DNA of 64,000 bases from an uncultured cyanobacterium (GCA_963718615.1 OY970368.1:128001-192000), one strand, 5' to 3'; positions 39,622-51,392 are shown, counted from the stretch's first letter. Notes: a model not told the origin generated them from the sequence alone. A program made the numbers and translations.

Positions 39622-40476
39622 ATGACATTGCAAGCGCTTGATGAATTTTCTGGGGAACTGGTGCGATCGCTCCGTCTGATCGCCAGCGACATGGATGGCA
39701 CCCTCACCCAATCCGGACAGTTTTCTACAGCTCTTTTAGCGGCCTTAGACCGGCTGAATCAAGCCCATCTACCGCTGCTGATTGTAACCGGGCGATCGGC
39801 TGGATGGGTCCAAGGCATTGCCCAGTATTTGCCAGTGTTGGGGGCGATCGCCGAAAACGGGGGCCTATTCTTTCGAGGGCCAGACTATGCAGCCGAACTT
39901 TTAGTCGAAATTCCGGACTTGGGGGAACATCGCGATCGCCTTGCCCAAACCTTCCAACAGCTCCAGCGGCATTTTCCCCAGATCCAAGAATCTAGCGACA
40001 ACCGCTTTCGGCTGACGGACTGGACGTTTGATGTACAGGGGTTGAGTCAAGGGGAGTTGGGGGCGATCGCCCACCAGTGCCACACCGAAGGCTGGGGCTT
40101 TACCTACAGCACCGTCCAGTGCCACATTCGTCCCCTGGAACAGGATAAGAGCATCGGCCTCCTGCACCTGCTCAAAACCTTTCTTCAGAAAGACTTTCCA
40201 GCCCTACAGCCCCATCAGGTCCTCACCCTCGGCGATAGCCCCAATGATGCCAGCCTGTTTAATCCCAAGGATTTTCCCCTCTCCGTAGGAGTCGCCAATG
40301 TGCGGCATTACAGAGACCAACTCCCCTATCTGCCTCGATTTGTTACAGGAGCTGAAGAAGCAGTTGGATTTTGTGAACTCGTGGACCATCTTTTGAGGGT
40401 TTCTCCCCCAGTTCCCCCACAGGAATGCGAGAATATCCAACGGGCCAAAGGATTAAATCCCAATCTGGCACGGTAA
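39622..40476 (+). CDS. HAD-superfamily hydrolase, subfamily IIB
   Basis: [27 protein letters not shown] motifs. ATG at 39622. Confidence 0.9.
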   Translation: MTLQALDEFSGELVRSLRLIASDMDGTLTQSGQFSTALLAALDRLNQAHLPLLIVTGRSAGWVQGIAQYLPVLGAIAENGGLFFRGPDYAAELLVEIPDLGEHRDRLAQTFQQLQRHFPQIQESSDNRFRLTDWTFDVQGLSQGELGAIAHQCHTEGWGFTYSTVQCHIRPLEQDKSIGLLHLLKTFLQKDFPALQPHQVLTLGDSPNDASLFNPKDFPLSVGVANVRHYRDQLPYLPRFVTGAEEAVGFCELVDHLLRVSPPVPPQECENIQRAKGLNPNLAR

Positions 40477-40492
40477 ATTCAAGGAGAAACCC

Positions 40493-40912
40493 ATGACCCG
40501 AGCGATTATGGAAACCGAGAAGGGGACAATCAATCTGGAGCTGTTTGACCAAGACGCCCCCAATACGGTGAAAAACTTTGTCGACTTGTCCGAGAAGGGC
40601 TTCTACGACGGGTTGAATTTCCACCGCGTCATCCCCAATTTTATGGTTCAAGGTGGTTGCCCCAAGGGCACTGGTACCGGCGGTCCGGGCTATAAAATCA
40701 AGTGCGAAATCAACGGCAATAAACACGAAGCCGGAACCCTTTCCATGGCCCATGCAGGCAAGGATACGGGGGGCAGTCAGTTTTTCATCTGCCACAGCCC
40801 TCAGCCCCATTTGGATGGAGTCCACACAACGTTTGGTAAAACCAACGATATGGATGTGGTCAATGCCATTCGTCAGGGTGACAAGATTTTGTCGGTAAAA
40901 ATCGAGAAGTAA
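40493..40912 (+). CDS. Cyclophilin-type peptidyl-prolyl cis-trans isomerase
   Basis: [52 protein letters not shown]; SD AAGGAG. Confidence 0.95.
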   Translation: MTRAIMETEKGTINLELFDQDAPNTVKNFVDLSEKGFYDGLNFHRVIPNFMVQGGCPKGTGTGGPGYKIKCEINGNKHEAGTLSMAHAGKDTGGSQFFICHSPQPHLDGVHTTFGKTNDMDVVNAIRQGDKILSVKIEK

Positions 40913-41079
40913 ATTCATGGTTACCCAATAGGGGTCCCCAATAAACCTGGACGAACGCGGTTTCTACGGGATTCGCGATCGCCTCCCCAGATCCATCGGC
41001 CATCCGACCTGTCTGGAGGCGATCGCCTTCGCTACCATAAGTTCAGAATCTTCGACACTCACTGTTCACCGCAAATTTC

Positions 41080-41727
41080 ATGATTTTTTCTGCACTCTTT
41101 GGTGGTAAAAAGCTTGTCCTGCCTAGCCCAGAGGAAGCACTACCGGGCCGCACGACGGAAATGTCAGTTCCGGCCAAACATTTTGTCAATGGTAATCCTA
41201 TCAAAGGGCCGTTTCCCGCCGGACTAGAGCAGGCCGTTTTTGGGCTGGGCTGCTTCTGGGGCGCGGAGCGGAAGTTTTGGCAACAACCGGGCGTCTATAG
41301 CACTGCCGTAGGCTATGCAGCGGGGATTACCCCCAACCCCACCTACCAAGAGGTTTGTTCGGGCATGACGGGCCACAATGAAGTGGTTTTAGTGGTTTAT
41401 GACCCGAATGTCATTCGCTATCGAGACTTGCTGAAGGTTTTCTGGGAATCTCACGATCCGACCCAGGGCATGCGCCAGGGTAATGATGCAGGCACACAAT
41501 ATCGTTCAGGCATCTACACCTTTACCCCCGAACAGAAAGCCGCAGCGGCAGCCTCTAAGGCCGCCTACGAAGCGAACCTGCAGAAGTCGGGCTATGGCGA
41601 GATTACCACGGAGATCCGGGATGCGCCCCCGTTTTACTATGCGGAAGAGTATCACCAACAGTATCTAGCCAAGAATCCCAGTGGCTACTGTGGTTTGGGC
41701 GGTACCGGAGTTACCTGCGCGGTCTAG
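41080..41727 (+). CDS. msrA: Peptide-methionine (S)-S-oxide reductase
   Basis: [45 protein letters not shown]. Confidence 0.97.
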   Translation: MIFSALFGGKKLVLPSPEEALPGRTTEMSVPAKHFVNGNPIKGPFPAGLEQAVFGLGCFWGAERKFWQQPGVYSTAVGYAAGITPNPTYQEVCSGMTGHNEVVLVVYDPNVIRYRDLLKVFWESHDPTQGMRQGNDAGTQYRSGIYTFTPEQKAAAAASKAAYEANLQKSGYGEITTEIRDAPPFYYAEEYHQQYLAKNPSGYCGLGGTGVTCAV

Positions 41728-41746
41728 GGCCTACGTGCTCTCGGGC

Positions 41747-43474
41747 CTACGTGCTCTCAGGAAGAAGCGATCGCCAGCGGTTCAACACGGCGGCTAAATC
41801 TTGCCGCCGAAACTGAGCTAAATTTCCCTGGGGGAACTCCGTCAAGGCGTCCAAATCCCCCTCGGCAATTTGCGCTTCAACCTGGTTTAAAACTTCCACC
41901 ATAGTTTGTTGGCCCCGCAACGATGTCTGGCGCAGTTGTAAAAGCACCGCTGCGATCGCCTTGAGCTGTGCGGGTTCAACCCACTGCTCCAGGGCTGAAA
42001 CGTCGATGTTTTCTTGGTTTATGGCGATCGCCTCTAGCCCCCGCGTTTTGCCCTTGACCCGGCGGTCTGCTGCCTCCCCTGGGCTCGGCTGGGCTCGGGA
42101 TGTAAGCTGGGGATAGCGAGGGGTGAGACAACCGAAGCGATCGCCCCCTTCCGAGAGTCTGGCGGTGGTGAACGTCTCGGCGATCGCCTTAGCTTTTTCA
42201 GTCACATCCTCGGGGATAAACTCGTCCAGAGCGATTACCCTATCCGCCACGTCAAAATAATCCCCACTGCCACCCATGACTAAAATCGTCGAGACGCCCT
42301 GTTCTGTATAAAGCTGCTGCACTTTATCTACGAAGGGGGTGATGGGTTCGCGATCCTGGGCGATCAGGGCTTGCATGCGGCGATCGCGAATCATAAAGTT
42401 GGTCGCGGACGTGTCTTCGTCCAAAAGCAACAGCTTGGACCCGGCCTCCAGGGCTTCCAGGATACTGGCGGCTTGGGAGGTGCTGCCGCTAGCGTTGGGC
42501 GTTGAGAAGTTTTCGGTGGATTGGCCTAGGGGCAGATGGTTGATAAAGGGAGAGAGATTAACCCCTGCGACGCTGCGGCCATCTTCGGCACGAATTTTCA
42601 CAGCACTGGGGTCGGTGACAACGGACTCGCGGCCATCGCCGGGAATGTGGCTATAAATCCCCTGGGCGATCGCCTGGAGTAGGGTTGATTTGCCATGGTA
42701 GCCCCCACCGACAATCAGCGTAATCCCGCGCGGAATGCCCATGCCGGTGATCGGACCTCGGTTGGGACAGGTTAACTGAACCCGCAAAGACTCGGGCGAC
42801 TGAAATGGAACAGCCGCAGCCAGGGGGCGGTCATCGATACCGCTGCGGCGCGCTAGGATTGCGCCGTCGGGAATAAACGCTACGAGATTTTGGTGGGCGA
42901 TCGCCCTCCGCAAATATTCCGTATCCTCAACGGTTTCGACATGGGTTTGCAGGGCTGAGGCATCCAGATTGGCATAGCACAACGCTTTCTCTACCAGCGT
43001 CGGGATATCTTCACAAAACATTGCCGCTGCCTGCCGCCCCAGAATCCGCCGTCCCTGGGCCGGGAGTCCGACCGTAAACCGCAGTTCAACCGCACCGGTT
43101 TCTCCGATCAAGACCGTGGTGCGCTCTAAAACCGCTTGACTGGGCCGTTCTAGCTCAATGCGACCGCTATTCCCCATGCCGCGTGACTGGCCGCGTGACT
43201 GGCTGAGCTGCCGACTCCAGCGATCGCCCTGGCGGGTCAAAAAATCCTCTAGCCCTAACCGTCGCGCATCGGTGCCATAGAACGCCGCTGGTAGTCGCGC
43301 CAACCCAGCCTCCACCACGACCCGACAACGACTCGGTGCAGCGAAGGGATCCCCTTGGACCGCATCGATCAGTACTGTAAAACCGTCAGCATCATAGGAG
43401 CCCCGCAGATCTTTGTAGGCGCGATAGCTTTGGCCATCGAGACGCAACAAACGGTCGGAAAGCGCCTGGAGCAT
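41747..43474 (-). CDS. ABC-class P-loop ATPase domain protein (ABC_ATPase family)
   Basis: VQGDPFAAPS, GGGYHGKSTLL, IRAEDGR, NASGSTSQAA, LLDEDTSATNFMIRD. Confidence 0.88.
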   Translation of the reverse strand: MLQALSDRLLRLDGQSYRAYKDLRGSYDADGFTVLIDAVQGDPFAAPSRCRVVVEAGLARLPAAFYGTDARRLGLEDFLTRQGDRWSRQLSQSRGQSRGMGNSGRIELERPSQAVLERTTVLIGETGAVELRFTVGLPAQGRRILGRQAAAMFCEDIPTLVEKALCYANLDASALQTHVETVEDTEYLRRAIAHQNLVAFIPDGAILARRSGIDDRPLAAAVPFQSPESLRVQLTCPNRGPITGMGIPRGITLIVGGGYHGKSTLLQAIAQGIYSHIPGDGRESVVTDPSAVKIRAEDGRSVAGVNLSPFINHLPLGQSTENFSTPNASGSTSQAASILEALEAGSKLLLLDEDTSATNFMIRDRRMQALIAQDREPITPFVDKVQQLYTEQGVSTILVMGGSGDYFDVADRVIALDEFIPEDVTEKAKAIAETFTTARLSEGGDRFGCLTPRYPQLTSRAQPSPGEAADRRVKGKTRGLEAIAINQENIDVSALEQWVEPAQLKAIAAVLLQLRQTSLRGQQTMVEVLNQVEAQIAEGDLDALTEFPQGNLAQFRRQDLAAVLNRWRSLLPEST

Positions 43475-43511
43475 AGGAGAAACGCAAAACTAGTACCGGA
43501 CTCGTGCCGCA

Positions 43512-43757
43512 CTAGCAAGCACCGACTTTAACCGGTTCTTTGGTCTTGGCAGTTTCTCTGGCCTTGATGGTTTCTCTGGCCTTGGCGGTTTCTTTGAGCT
43601 CTTCGGTGACATCAAAACCACCGGCATCACGGGTAGCAATAACTTTCAAATTGGGCGAAGAGGCGATCGCTTTCTCCAAGGGCTGACCCAAAAATTGGCT
43701 CAACATATTGCCAAAACCGAGGAGATAAACAATCGGGAAAGCGTCTGGAGATTCCAT
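43512..43757 (-). CDS. Small hypothetical protein with an 18-bp repeat-encoded C-terminus
   Basis: 81-aa ATG ORF co-oriented between the AraC and ATPase genes; KETAKA-RETIKA-RETAKT repeat; no family recognised. Confidence 0.4.
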   Translation of the reverse strand: MESPDAFPIVYLLGFGNMLSQFLGQPLEKAIASSPNLKVIATRDAGGFDVTEELKETAKARETIKARETAKTKEPVKVGAC

Positions 43758-43879
43758 GGCAGGATGCTGGCTGAGGAAGGATTGCGATACGAGTAATTAT
43801 ACTGAAAGAAAAAGGGGCTGGCGATGAAGATTCGGTGATGCTGTGTGACGCTCTAGCGACTGTAAAGATGAATGATCCG

Positions 43880-45064
43880 TTAATGCCCTGATGCGTTGAC
43901 TTGATCCAGTGGGCCAGTGCCAGGATTTGTATCAGGGTTTGTACCAAGGTTGGGAACCGTAGAATTACGACCTAGCCCCAAGCGATATTCTCCCGGTGTC
44001 ATGCCTTCCCAACGCCGAAAGGCACGATTGAACGCCGTGTTTTCTGAAAATCCCAGCAAAAAGGCAATTTCGCTCGTGGTGAGCTGGGAGTTTTGCAAAT
44101 ATTGCACCGCTAGCTGACGACGAATTTCATCGAGAACCTGTTGAAACGAGGTCCCGGCTTGTTGCAACTTGCGCTGGAGCGTGCGAGGAGAATAATTGAG
44201 CCGTTGGGCGATCGCCTCCAGTTTGGGTTCCCGCGCCCGCAATTCTCCTGCTAAAAGATGGCGCAGTTCGTCGACGATGCTGCCGGAGGGGGGCAATTGG
44301 TTCAGCAGATTTTCGGCATAGCGATCGAGCAATTCGCATAGCCCCGCATCGGCCTGGGTCAGCGGGGCGTCCAGCCAGGCGACGGCAAACTGCAGCCGGT
44401 TGCTCCGCCCCCCAAAGGCCAGACGATTGCCAAAAATACGCTGATAAATAGCCTTTTCCTGGGGTTGAGCCTGTTGAAATTCGACCCGGTTGAGCAGCCA
44501 GGGTTGACCCAGACTCCGGTTGCCCCACCGCACGATATTGGCCAGGGTCCAGCCCACACTAATGGAGGATAACCAGACTGCTGCACTGACCGGTGCATAG
44601 ATCAGCGACACCTCGTGACCAACCTGGGACAGCTGAAATTCCATGCCACCGTAAAACAAGCGGCTGTAGCGAACGAGGCGATCGAGCGCTTTACCCAGGG
44701 TTGGGCTGTGGCTCATGGCATAGCCGGTCACATTAAACGTTTCCAATTGGGTGACCTCTGCCATTCGCAAGCCAATATCGGCATCGCCCGACCGACGCGC
44801 AATTTCTCGCCACAGGATCATCAGCTTCTCCTGGGAGACCCGCTGGTCAGGGTCCTCCAAGCTTTCAGGAGAAACCTGAATCGTCTTCAGCAGCTCGGAC
44901 CTAGACAGATCAAACTGTTCCGCCGCTGCCAAGATGCCTTGGATGAGTTTTGCCGAAACCGAGTAGTGGTGATCCAAAGTGTGGTCCCAGGCGATCGCGT
45001 CAGCGGCCAATGGTGAGATTGCTATCTGACATTTTAGGTCACTGTTTATGGCGTCTTCGGTCAA
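43880..45064 (-). CDS. AraC family transcriptional regulator (OruR/VqsM-like N-terminal domain)
   Basis: C-terminal IAQRLNYSPRTLQRKL, EIAFLLGFSENTAFNRAFRRWEGMTPGEYR. The start is uncertain (TTG). Confidence 0.92.
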   Translation of the reverse strand: MTEDAINSDLKCQIAISPLAADAIAWDHTLDHHYSVSAKLIQGILAAAEQFDLSRSELLKTIQVSPESLEDPDQRVSQEKLMILWREIARRSGDADIGLRMAEVTQLETFNVTGYAMSHSPTLGKALDRLVRYSRLFYGGMEFQLSQVGHEVSLIYAPVSAAVWLSSISVGWTLANIVRWGNRSLGQPWLLNRVEFQQAQPQEKAIYQRIFGNRLAFGGRSNRLQFAVAWLDAPLTQADAGLCELLDRYAENLLNQLPPSGSIVDELRHLLAGELRAREPKLEAIAQRLNYSPRTLQRKLQQAGTSFQQVLDEIRRQLAVQYLQNSQLTTSEIAFLLGFSENTAFNRAFRRWEGMTPGEYRLGLGRNSTVPNLGTNPDTNPGTGPLDQVNASGH

Positions 45065-45124
45065 TCTTTTTGGTCCCCTCCATCGCTACCGTAGAGAGCA
45101 GTGTGTAGGAGAAATTCAAAAATT

Positions 45125-45376
45125 ATGAAACGCGCATTTGCTTTGGCGATCGCCCTAGGTACCGCCTTCTCAGTATCCTTGACCGCTTGTTCGTCCCCTG
45201 ACGCCACCGATCCCGCAGCGCCCACCGAGGGTGCAGCCCCTGTGGAAGAAGCTACGCCCATGGAAACGACCGCTCCGGCTCCGGATGCCAGCAGCACAAC
45301 CCCCGATGCAGCGCCCACCGATGGCGCTGCAACCCCGACCGATGGTGCCACCCCCGCTGCAACCCCAACCCCCTAG
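45125..45376 (+). CDS. Small Pro/Ala/Thr-rich lipoprotein
   Basis: MKRAFALAIALGTAFSVSLTA-C lipobox; low-complexity acidic tail with AAPT(D/E)GA repeats. Confidence 0.75.
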   Translation: MKRAFALAIALGTAFSVSLTACSSPDATDPAAPTEGAAPVEEATPMETTAPAPDASSTTPDAAPTDGAATPTDGATPAATPTP

Positions 45377-45490
45377 GTTTTGATTCTCCATCAGCCATAG
45401 AGCTATATCTCACCCATTAACGTGAGATTCATATCCCGTCCCTAAGGTTTAGGGACGGGGTCTTTTGAGAATCATTAAGGATCTCTTCTC

Positions 45491-48349
45491 ATGGCCCCTG
45501 CCTCTCCTTCCAGTGCCTTGGCACGCGCTAGCCGCGACGCCTATCATGTCTTGGATATTGCGGAAACCACCCAACAGCTTGCTGTCAATCCGGAGACGGG
45601 GTTGACTGCCCCCGAGGCCCAAGCACGACAACGACGCTACGGGTTGAACGAGTTGGAGGAGAAGGGAGGACGGAGTAAATGGGCCATCTTTCGCGATCAG
45701 TTCACCAATATCATGCTAGTGATGCTGATGGTGGTGGCGGTGGTCTCAGCGGTTTTGGATATTCGAACCCAGCAGTTTCCGAAGGATGCGATCGCCATCT
45801 TCGCCATCGTTTTGCTCAACGGCATTTTGGGCTATTTCCAGGAGAATCAGGCAGAAAAGGCATTGGCGGCGCTAAAACAGATGTCTTCGCCCCAAGTGCG
45901 AGTCCTGCGCGACGGCAGCCAGCAAGAGATTGATGGCAAGGAATTGGTGCCAGGGGATGTCATCTATATCGAAGCGGGAACCCAACTGGCAGCGGATGGA
46001 CGCTTGCTAGAGGCGGTGAATTTGCAGGTGCGGGAAGCGGCGTTGACGGGGGAGGCGATCGCCGTAACCAAACAAGCGGATTTGGTTCTACCGCTGGATG
46101 CGGCTTTGGGCGATCGCCTCAACTTAGTGTTTCAAGGCACAGAAGTCATCCAAGGTCGAGGCCAGGTGTTGGTCACCGCCACAGGCATGAGCACAGAACT
46201 GGGCCGCATTGCTGAACTCCTCCAAACGGTGGAAACAGAACCCACCCCGCTCCAGCAACGCATGACCCAATTGGGAAACGTCCTGGTCAGCGGCTCAATG
46301 GTTCTGGTTGCCCTCGTGGTTTTGGGCGGAGGCTTTGTCTTGGGCTGGGACAATCTGCCCAATTTGCTCGAAGTCTCCCTCAGTATGGCGGTGGCGGTGG
46401 TCCCGGAAAGTCTCCCGGCGGTGATTACCGTAACCCTAGCCCTAGGGATGCAGCGAATGGTGAAGCGACAGGCTCTGATCCGTCAGCTTCCGGCGGTAGA
46501 GACCTTGGGATCGGTGACCACGATTTGTTCGGACAAAACCGGCACGCTGACCCAAAACAAAATGGTCGTGAAACAGGTTTACTGCGAGAACCAATCCTTG
46601 TGGATTAGTGGGGATGGCTATAACCCGGTCGGAAATTTTATTCAAGCCGATACCGGCTCCGCGCCGCTCTCGCCAGAGCAATTATCCCCGGCGATTCAGT
46701 GGCTGTTGCTCGCGGGGCTCCTCTGCAACGATGCAGTTCTGCAAAAAGAACAGGGCCAATGGACAATTTTAGGGGATCCAACGGAAGGGGCGCTGCTCTC
46801 CCTTGCGGGTAAAGCCGGGTTGCAAAAGGATTACTGGATTGAGCGGTTACCTCGGGTCTTGGAAATTCCCTTCTCCTCCGAGCGCAAACGCATGAGTATT
46901 GTTTGCCAAACGGACTCCCGCCTAGAAACCGATCTAGCCGTCGATCTGCCTCCCTATGTCGCCTTTACAAAAGGATCACCGGAGCTGGTCTTGGACTGTT
47001 GCAGTCAACAGCAAAATGGTGAACCACTGCCGCTTACCCCTACCCTACGGCAACAAATTTTGCAGCAAAACGAGCATCTGGCCCGTCAAGGATTGCGGGT
47101 TTTAGGATTAGCTTTTCGTCCACTGGCCAGCCTTGGAAACTTGACCGCTACAGAGCAGCTAGAAGGGATTTCAGCGGAGGCTGCCATAGAACAGGATTTG
47201 GTTTGGCTCGGTCTCATGGCAATGATGGATCCACCCCGGCCCGAGGTTCGGACAGCGGTTGAACATTGTCGTGCTGCTGGGATTCGCCCGGTGATGATTA
47301 CGGGAGACCATCAGTTAACGGCTCAGGCGATCGCCCAAGACCTCGGCATTCTCCCCGCCGGCCCCCACGACCAGGACGTTCTAACTGGACGGGATTTGGA
47401 TCAATTAACAACGGCTGAACTGGCCACCCGCGTTGACCAAGTGGGCGTCTATGCCCGTGTGTCTCCGGAGCACAAACTGCGCATTGTCCAAGCCCTCCAG
47501 CAAAAGGGGCAAATCGTCGCGATGACCGGCGATGGCGTCAACGACGCCCCAGCCCTCAAACAGTCCGACATCGGTATTGCCATGGGGATCACCGGCACGG
47601 ATGTCAGCAAAGGGGCGGCGGATATGGTGTTGCTCGACGATAACTTTAGTTCGATTGTCTCGGCCACGGAAGAAGGCCGGATTGTCTACGACAATATTCG
47701 TCGCTTTATCAAATATGTTCTAGGCAGCAACATTGGCGAAGTCTTAACCATTGCCATGACGCCGCTGCTGGGGTTCGCTGGGGTTCCCCTCAGTCCGCTT
47801 CAGATCCTGTGGATGAACCTAGTGACCGATGGTCTACCGGCATTGGCATTAGCGCTGGAACAGGGCGAACCCGACGTGATGCAGCGTCCGCCTTACCATC
47901 CCAGAGAAAACATTTTTGCAAGGGGATTAGGGCTATACATGGTGCGGGTCGGTTTAGTCCTGGGAATTGTGACGATCGCCCTGATGATCTGGGGCTATCA
48001 CTACACCCACGCTAATCCAACCGCTGCTGACCCCGATAGTAATCGCTGGAAAACCATGGTGTTTACGACGCTGTGTTTGGCTCAGATGGGGCATGCTTGG
48101 GCGGTGCGATCGCAAACCCAGTTCACTTTCGAACTCAATCCCTTTTCCAACCGCTTTCTCCTCTGGGCTGTATTGCTGACCACTGCCCTACAACTGCTGT
48201 TGATCTACGTCGAACCGCTACGCAACTTCTTCAACACTTACTGGCTAAGCCCGATAGAACTGTTGGTGTGTTTAGGGTTTAGCGCCCTCGTCTTTGTTTG
48301 GCTCGAAGCGGAAAAATTAGTTCTACGGCTTAAACATCGGTCTCCTTAA
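45491..48349 (+). CDS. P-type IIA cation-transporting ATPase (PacL/Ca2+-type)
   Basis: [51 protein letters not shown]. Confidence 0.93.
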   Translation: MAPASPSSALARASRDAYHVLDIAETTQQLAVNPETGLTAPEAQARQRRYGLNELEEKGGRSKWAIFRDQFTNIMLVMLMVVAVVSAVLDIRTQQFPKDAIAIFAIVLLNGILGYFQENQAEKALAALKQMSSPQVRVLRDGSQQEIDGKELVPGDVIYIEAGTQLAADGRLLEAVNLQVREAALTGEAIAVTKQADLVLPLDAALGDRLNLVFQGTEVIQGRGQVLVTATGMSTELGRIAELLQTVETEPTPLQQRMTQLGNVLVSGSMVLVALVVLGGGFVLGWDNLPNLLEVSLSMAVAVVPESLPAVITVTLALGMQRMVKRQALIRQLPAVETLGSVTTICSDKTGTLTQNKMVVKQVYCENQSLWISGDGYNPVGNFIQADTGSAPLSPEQLSPAIQWLLLAGLLCNDAVLQKEQGQWTILGDPTEGALLSLAGKAGLQKDYWIERLPRVLEIPFSSERKRMSIVCQTDSRLETDLAVDLPPYVAFTKGSPELVLDCCSQQQNGEPLPLTPTLRQQILQQNEHLARQGLRVLGLAFRPLASLGNLTATEQLEGISAEAAIEQDLVWLGLMAMMDPPRPEVRTAVEHCRAAGIRPVMITGDHQLTAQAIAQDLGILPAGPHDQDVLTGRDLDQLTTAELATRVDQVGVYARVSPEHKLRIVQALQQKGQIVAMTGDGVNDAPALKQSDIGIAMGITGTDVSKGAADMVLLDDNFSSIVSATEEGRIVYDNIRRFIKYVLGSNIGEVLTIAMTPLLGFAGVPLSPLQILWMNLVTDGLPALALALEQGEPDVMQRPPYHPRENIFARGLGLYMVRVGLVLGIVTIALMIWGYHYTHANPTAADPDSNRWKTMVFTTLCLAQMGHAWAVRSQTQFTFELNPFSNRFLLWAVLLTTALQLLLIYVEPLRNFFNTYWLSPIELLVCLGFSALVFVWLEAEKLVLRLKHRSP

Positions 48350-48399
48350 TGCATCATCGGTCCTGCTGAATTCCTTACCTGGTTGGCTGAGGTTTCTCC

Positions 48400-50511
48400 A
48401 TGTTCAATACCGCCGGACTGGCTGCAAACCCAGTCGTCGCCTTTACGATTTTGCTGTTGGTCAGTCTCACCGTCCCGCCGCTGATCGAGCGACTGCGATT
48501 ACCAGGGTTGGTGGGGCTTTTACTGGCCGGAATGGTACTGGGTCCCTTTGGGCTCAAACTACTCAATCCGGAGACCGAAACCGTCAAACTGCTTTCCGAT
48601 ATCGGCAAGATTTATCTAATGTTTGTGGCCGGGTTGGAAATCGACATGCAGGCGTTTCGCCGCACCCGCAATCGCTCCTTGGGGTTTGGCCTAGCGACGT
48701 TTACCTGTCCGCTGCTTGTGGGCACGGCTGTAGGGTTAGGATTTGGCTTTGGCTGGAATGCTTCAATTTTGATCGGCTCGCTGTTTGCCTCCCATACGCT
48801 TTTGGCCTATCCGCTGGTGCAGCGGCTGGGGGTGGTTCGCAATGAAGCGGTGACGGTGACGGTGGGTGCGACGATTTTTACGGATATTGGGGCGTTGTTG
48901 GTCCTGGCGGTTTGTGTGGCGATTCATCGGGGGGAATTCACCTGGTACAGTTTGCCGCTGCAATTGTTGGCCCTGGGAATTTATGCGGCAATTGTGTTGC
49001 TAGGTCTCGATCGCCTCGGCAAAGAATATTTCCGCCGCACCGGAAACGACGAAGGCAACCAGTTTTTGTTTATTCTCCTAGCCCTATTTCTCGCGGCGGT
49101 CGGGGCTCAACTGATCCACATTGAAAATATTGTCGGCGCATTTTTAGCGGGTCTCGCGGTCAATGACGTCCTCGGGCGCGGTGCAGTCAAGGAAAAGGTC
49201 GAATTTGTTGGCGGTGTCCTGTTTATCCCGTTTTTTTTCGTGGCCATGGGGCTGCTGATCGACATTCCGGTCTTTATCCAAACCCTCTCCAGCGATTTTG
49301 CGCTGGTCTTAGCCGTAGTCGTAGGCCTGATCGGCAGCAAATTCCTCGCCGCGCTCTGCGCCAAACAGCTTTATGGCTACGGCTGGACGGAAGCTCTAAC
49401 CATGTGGTCGCTGTCTTTGCCTCAGGTGGCCGCAACCCTAGCCGCAGCATTGGTAGGGGTGCAGGTGGGGCTGTTGAGTCAGCCGTTGTTTAACAGCGTG
49501 ATTGTGTTGATGCTTGTGACCTCGGTGTTAGGGCCGGTTCTGACCAAGCGGTTTGCCAGTCGGTTACCCCTGGCGGAAGCGATTCCCCAGGCGATCGCGA
49601 CGCATTCTGAAGCGCCTTCCGTCGAAACTCATTCTAGTCAGCCTTCTCCGGTCAGCATCGTTGTCCCAATCTACAACCCCAACACCGAAGGCGCACTCCT
49701 AGAGCTAGCGGGAGTTTTCTTGCAGTCTTCGCTAATTTCCCAGGACAACTCGACCGCTGGATCTCAGATCGTCCCCCTAGCGGTAGTGCCTGCCCCCTCA
49801 GGACTGAATGGTTGGGAACTAGAAACCGAACTCACTCGACGTAAAGCGTTGCTGCGGCAGGCGATGGAAATTTGCGATCGCCTCGCCCTCCCCGCCCATC
49901 CGCTCCTCCGGATTGACCGAGATATTGGCCTTGGCATTTGTCACGCCGCGCAGGAGCAGAACGCGAAGCTGATTGTCATGGGCTATGGCGATCGCACCTC
50001 CCTCCAAGCCCGTTTACTCGGAACCATCACTGACCAAGTCTTTCGGGCTAGCCCTTGCCCACTCCTGGTGGCCTATTTGCTCAGTCCTCCCGCAACCTTG
50101 AAACGGATTTTGGTCCCGCTCTGGGATCTACGCCCTCAAGCCTTTCAACTTCTGTACTTTGCTCAGGATTTAGCCCAATGCCTCCAAGCTCAAATCACGA
50201 TTCTTTATATTTGTCCCCCCTCGGTGTCCATCGCCGAGCAGCGGGAATTGCGCGATCGCCTAGAGCAGCAACTGGTTAGACCCCCAATGCATTCAGCGTC
50301 CTCAGCGCTGTCAGAGCCGTTACTCAAAATCAAAGTCTTTCCCCATGCGGATATTGAAGCGTCGGTTCTACGCGCATCCCAGCAGGTTGATTTAGTCCTG
50401 CTCAGTGCTTGGGATGTCGCACCGGGCCGAGACCTCACTCGCAACTACGGCATCAATCTGTTACAAAACGTCCCCTGTTCAATTGCGCTGTTATCGGAGG
50501 CCATGGGATGA
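48400..50511 (+). CDS. Cation:proton antiporter (CPA2) with C-terminal Usp-like domains
   Basis: Multi-TM N-terminal half (LMFVAGLE, GATIFTD, VGAFLAGLA, LFIPFFFV) followed by Usp-like LIVMG..LLG...QV...PCP. Confidence 0.9.
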   Translation: MFNTAGLAANPVVAFTILLLVSLTVPPLIERLRLPGLVGLLLAGMVLGPFGLKLLNPETETVKLLSDIGKIYLMFVAGLEIDMQAFRRTRNRSLGFGLATFTCPLLVGTAVGLGFGFGWNASILIGSLFASHTLLAYPLVQRLGVVRNEAVTVTVGATIFTDIGALLVLAVCVAIHRGEFTWYSLPLQLLALGIYAAIVLLGLDRLGKEYFRRTGNDEGNQFLFILLALFLAAVGAQLIHIENIVGAFLAGLAVNDVLGRGAVKEKVEFVGGVLFIPFFFVAMGLLIDIPVFIQTLSSDFALVLAVVVGLIGSKFLAALCAKQLYGYGWTEALTMWSLSLPQVAATLAAALVGVQVGLLSQPLFNSVIVLMLVTSVLGPVLTKRFASRLPLAEAIPQAIATHSEAPSVETHSSQPSPVSIVVPIYNPNTEGALLELAGVFLQSSLISQDNSTAGSQIVPLAVVPAPSGLNGWELETELTRRKALLRQAMEICDRLALPAHPLLRIDRDIGLGICHAAQEQNAKLIVMGYGDRTSLQARLLGTITDQVFRASPCPLLVAYLLSPPATLKRILVPLWDLRPQAFQLLYFAQDLAQCLQAQITILYICPPSVSIAEQRELRDRLEQQLVRPPMHSASSALSEPLLKIKVFPHADIEASVLRASQQVDLVLLSAWDVAPGRDLTRNYGINLLQNVPCSIALLSEAMG

Positions 50512-50868
50512 CCCCCCCAAACGCCCAAAACCAGAGATTGCGATCGCGCCCCAGTTCTAAGCCTAAGCTCCCCTATTTCTATCATCCTGCGGGGACAGCG
50601 CCAGGGACGCTAAACATTTCCGTACGCGCATTCGCAGTCACAAAGGCGTGATTCGACGCAGCTGACGGTGATCTCCACAATCTTTATCCCGTTGACGTTT
50701 GTTGCCGGGATTTACGGCATGAATTTCAACCCCGACGCATCCCCTTGGAATATGCCGGAGTTGAACTGGTATTGGGGATATCCTTTGGTTTTGGGCGTGA
50801 TGGGGGCAATGGCGATCGCCATGGTCCTGTTCTTTTGGCGAAGAGGTTGGTTTAATCGACTGCCCTAA
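50508..50868 (+). pseudogene. corA: corA Mg2+/Co2+ transporter remnant with a large internal deletion
   Basis: ATG at 50508 overlaps the antiporter stop (ATGA) and encodes a CorA-like N-terminus (YFYHPAGTAPGTLNI). After ~40 nt a different frame gives the CorA C-terminus QLTVISTIFIPLTFVAGIYGMNF..MPELNWYWGYP..FFWRRGW. Confidence 0.85.
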
Positions 50869-50911
50869 ACCTTAAACCCTTGCCCTTAAACCCTTGCCCT
50901 CACTTTGGCCC

Positions 50912-51175
50912 TTAACCCGGAATCAAACTACTGAGGAACTGGAGCAGAAAAATCGCCAAAATCGGAGAGATATCAATTCCACCCAGGGGCGGAATAAATT
51001 GGCGAAACAGATTCAGATAAGGATCGGTGATTTGGCTCAGGGCCGCGAAGGGCTGGTTATACCAATCGATGGTCGGGAACCAAGTCAGCAAAACCCGAAC
51101 AATCAGCAGACCCGTATAGATAAATAGCGTCGTGGAGACGGTATTAGAAATTAATCCAAAAGAGGACTCAGCCAT
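50912..51175 (-). CDS. YggT/YlmG family membrane protein
   Basis: LLIVRVLLTWFP, ITDPYLNLFRQFIPPLGGIDISPILA. Confidence 0.93.
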   Translation of the reverse strand: MAESSFGLISNTVSTTLFIYTGLLIVRVLLTWFPTIDWYNQPFAALSQITDPYLNLFRQFIPPLGGIDISPILAIFLLQFLSSLIPG

Positions 51176-51392
51176 AGGAGTTTTTTGAGAACGTGACCAA
51201 GACAGCTTAACTAATCAACGTGGAACAAGCCACAGCACTACTTTAACTCAATTGCCCAAAACCCTGGCCCTAGGGCTTCGCGTTTCTCAGGAAAAAACAG
51301 TCAAAAAAAGGGTGTGGAGCAACACACCCTCAAATCTGCTTTACAAAACGGAGGAAATTGAGCAATCATCCACCCAGCCTAGACAGCCAAGC

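Noticed and set aside
46380-46440. PESL instead of PEGL in TM4 of the P-type ATPase
   Set aside because: It is a single substitution with the ion-binding Glu and all other motifs intact, too little to claim altered specificity.
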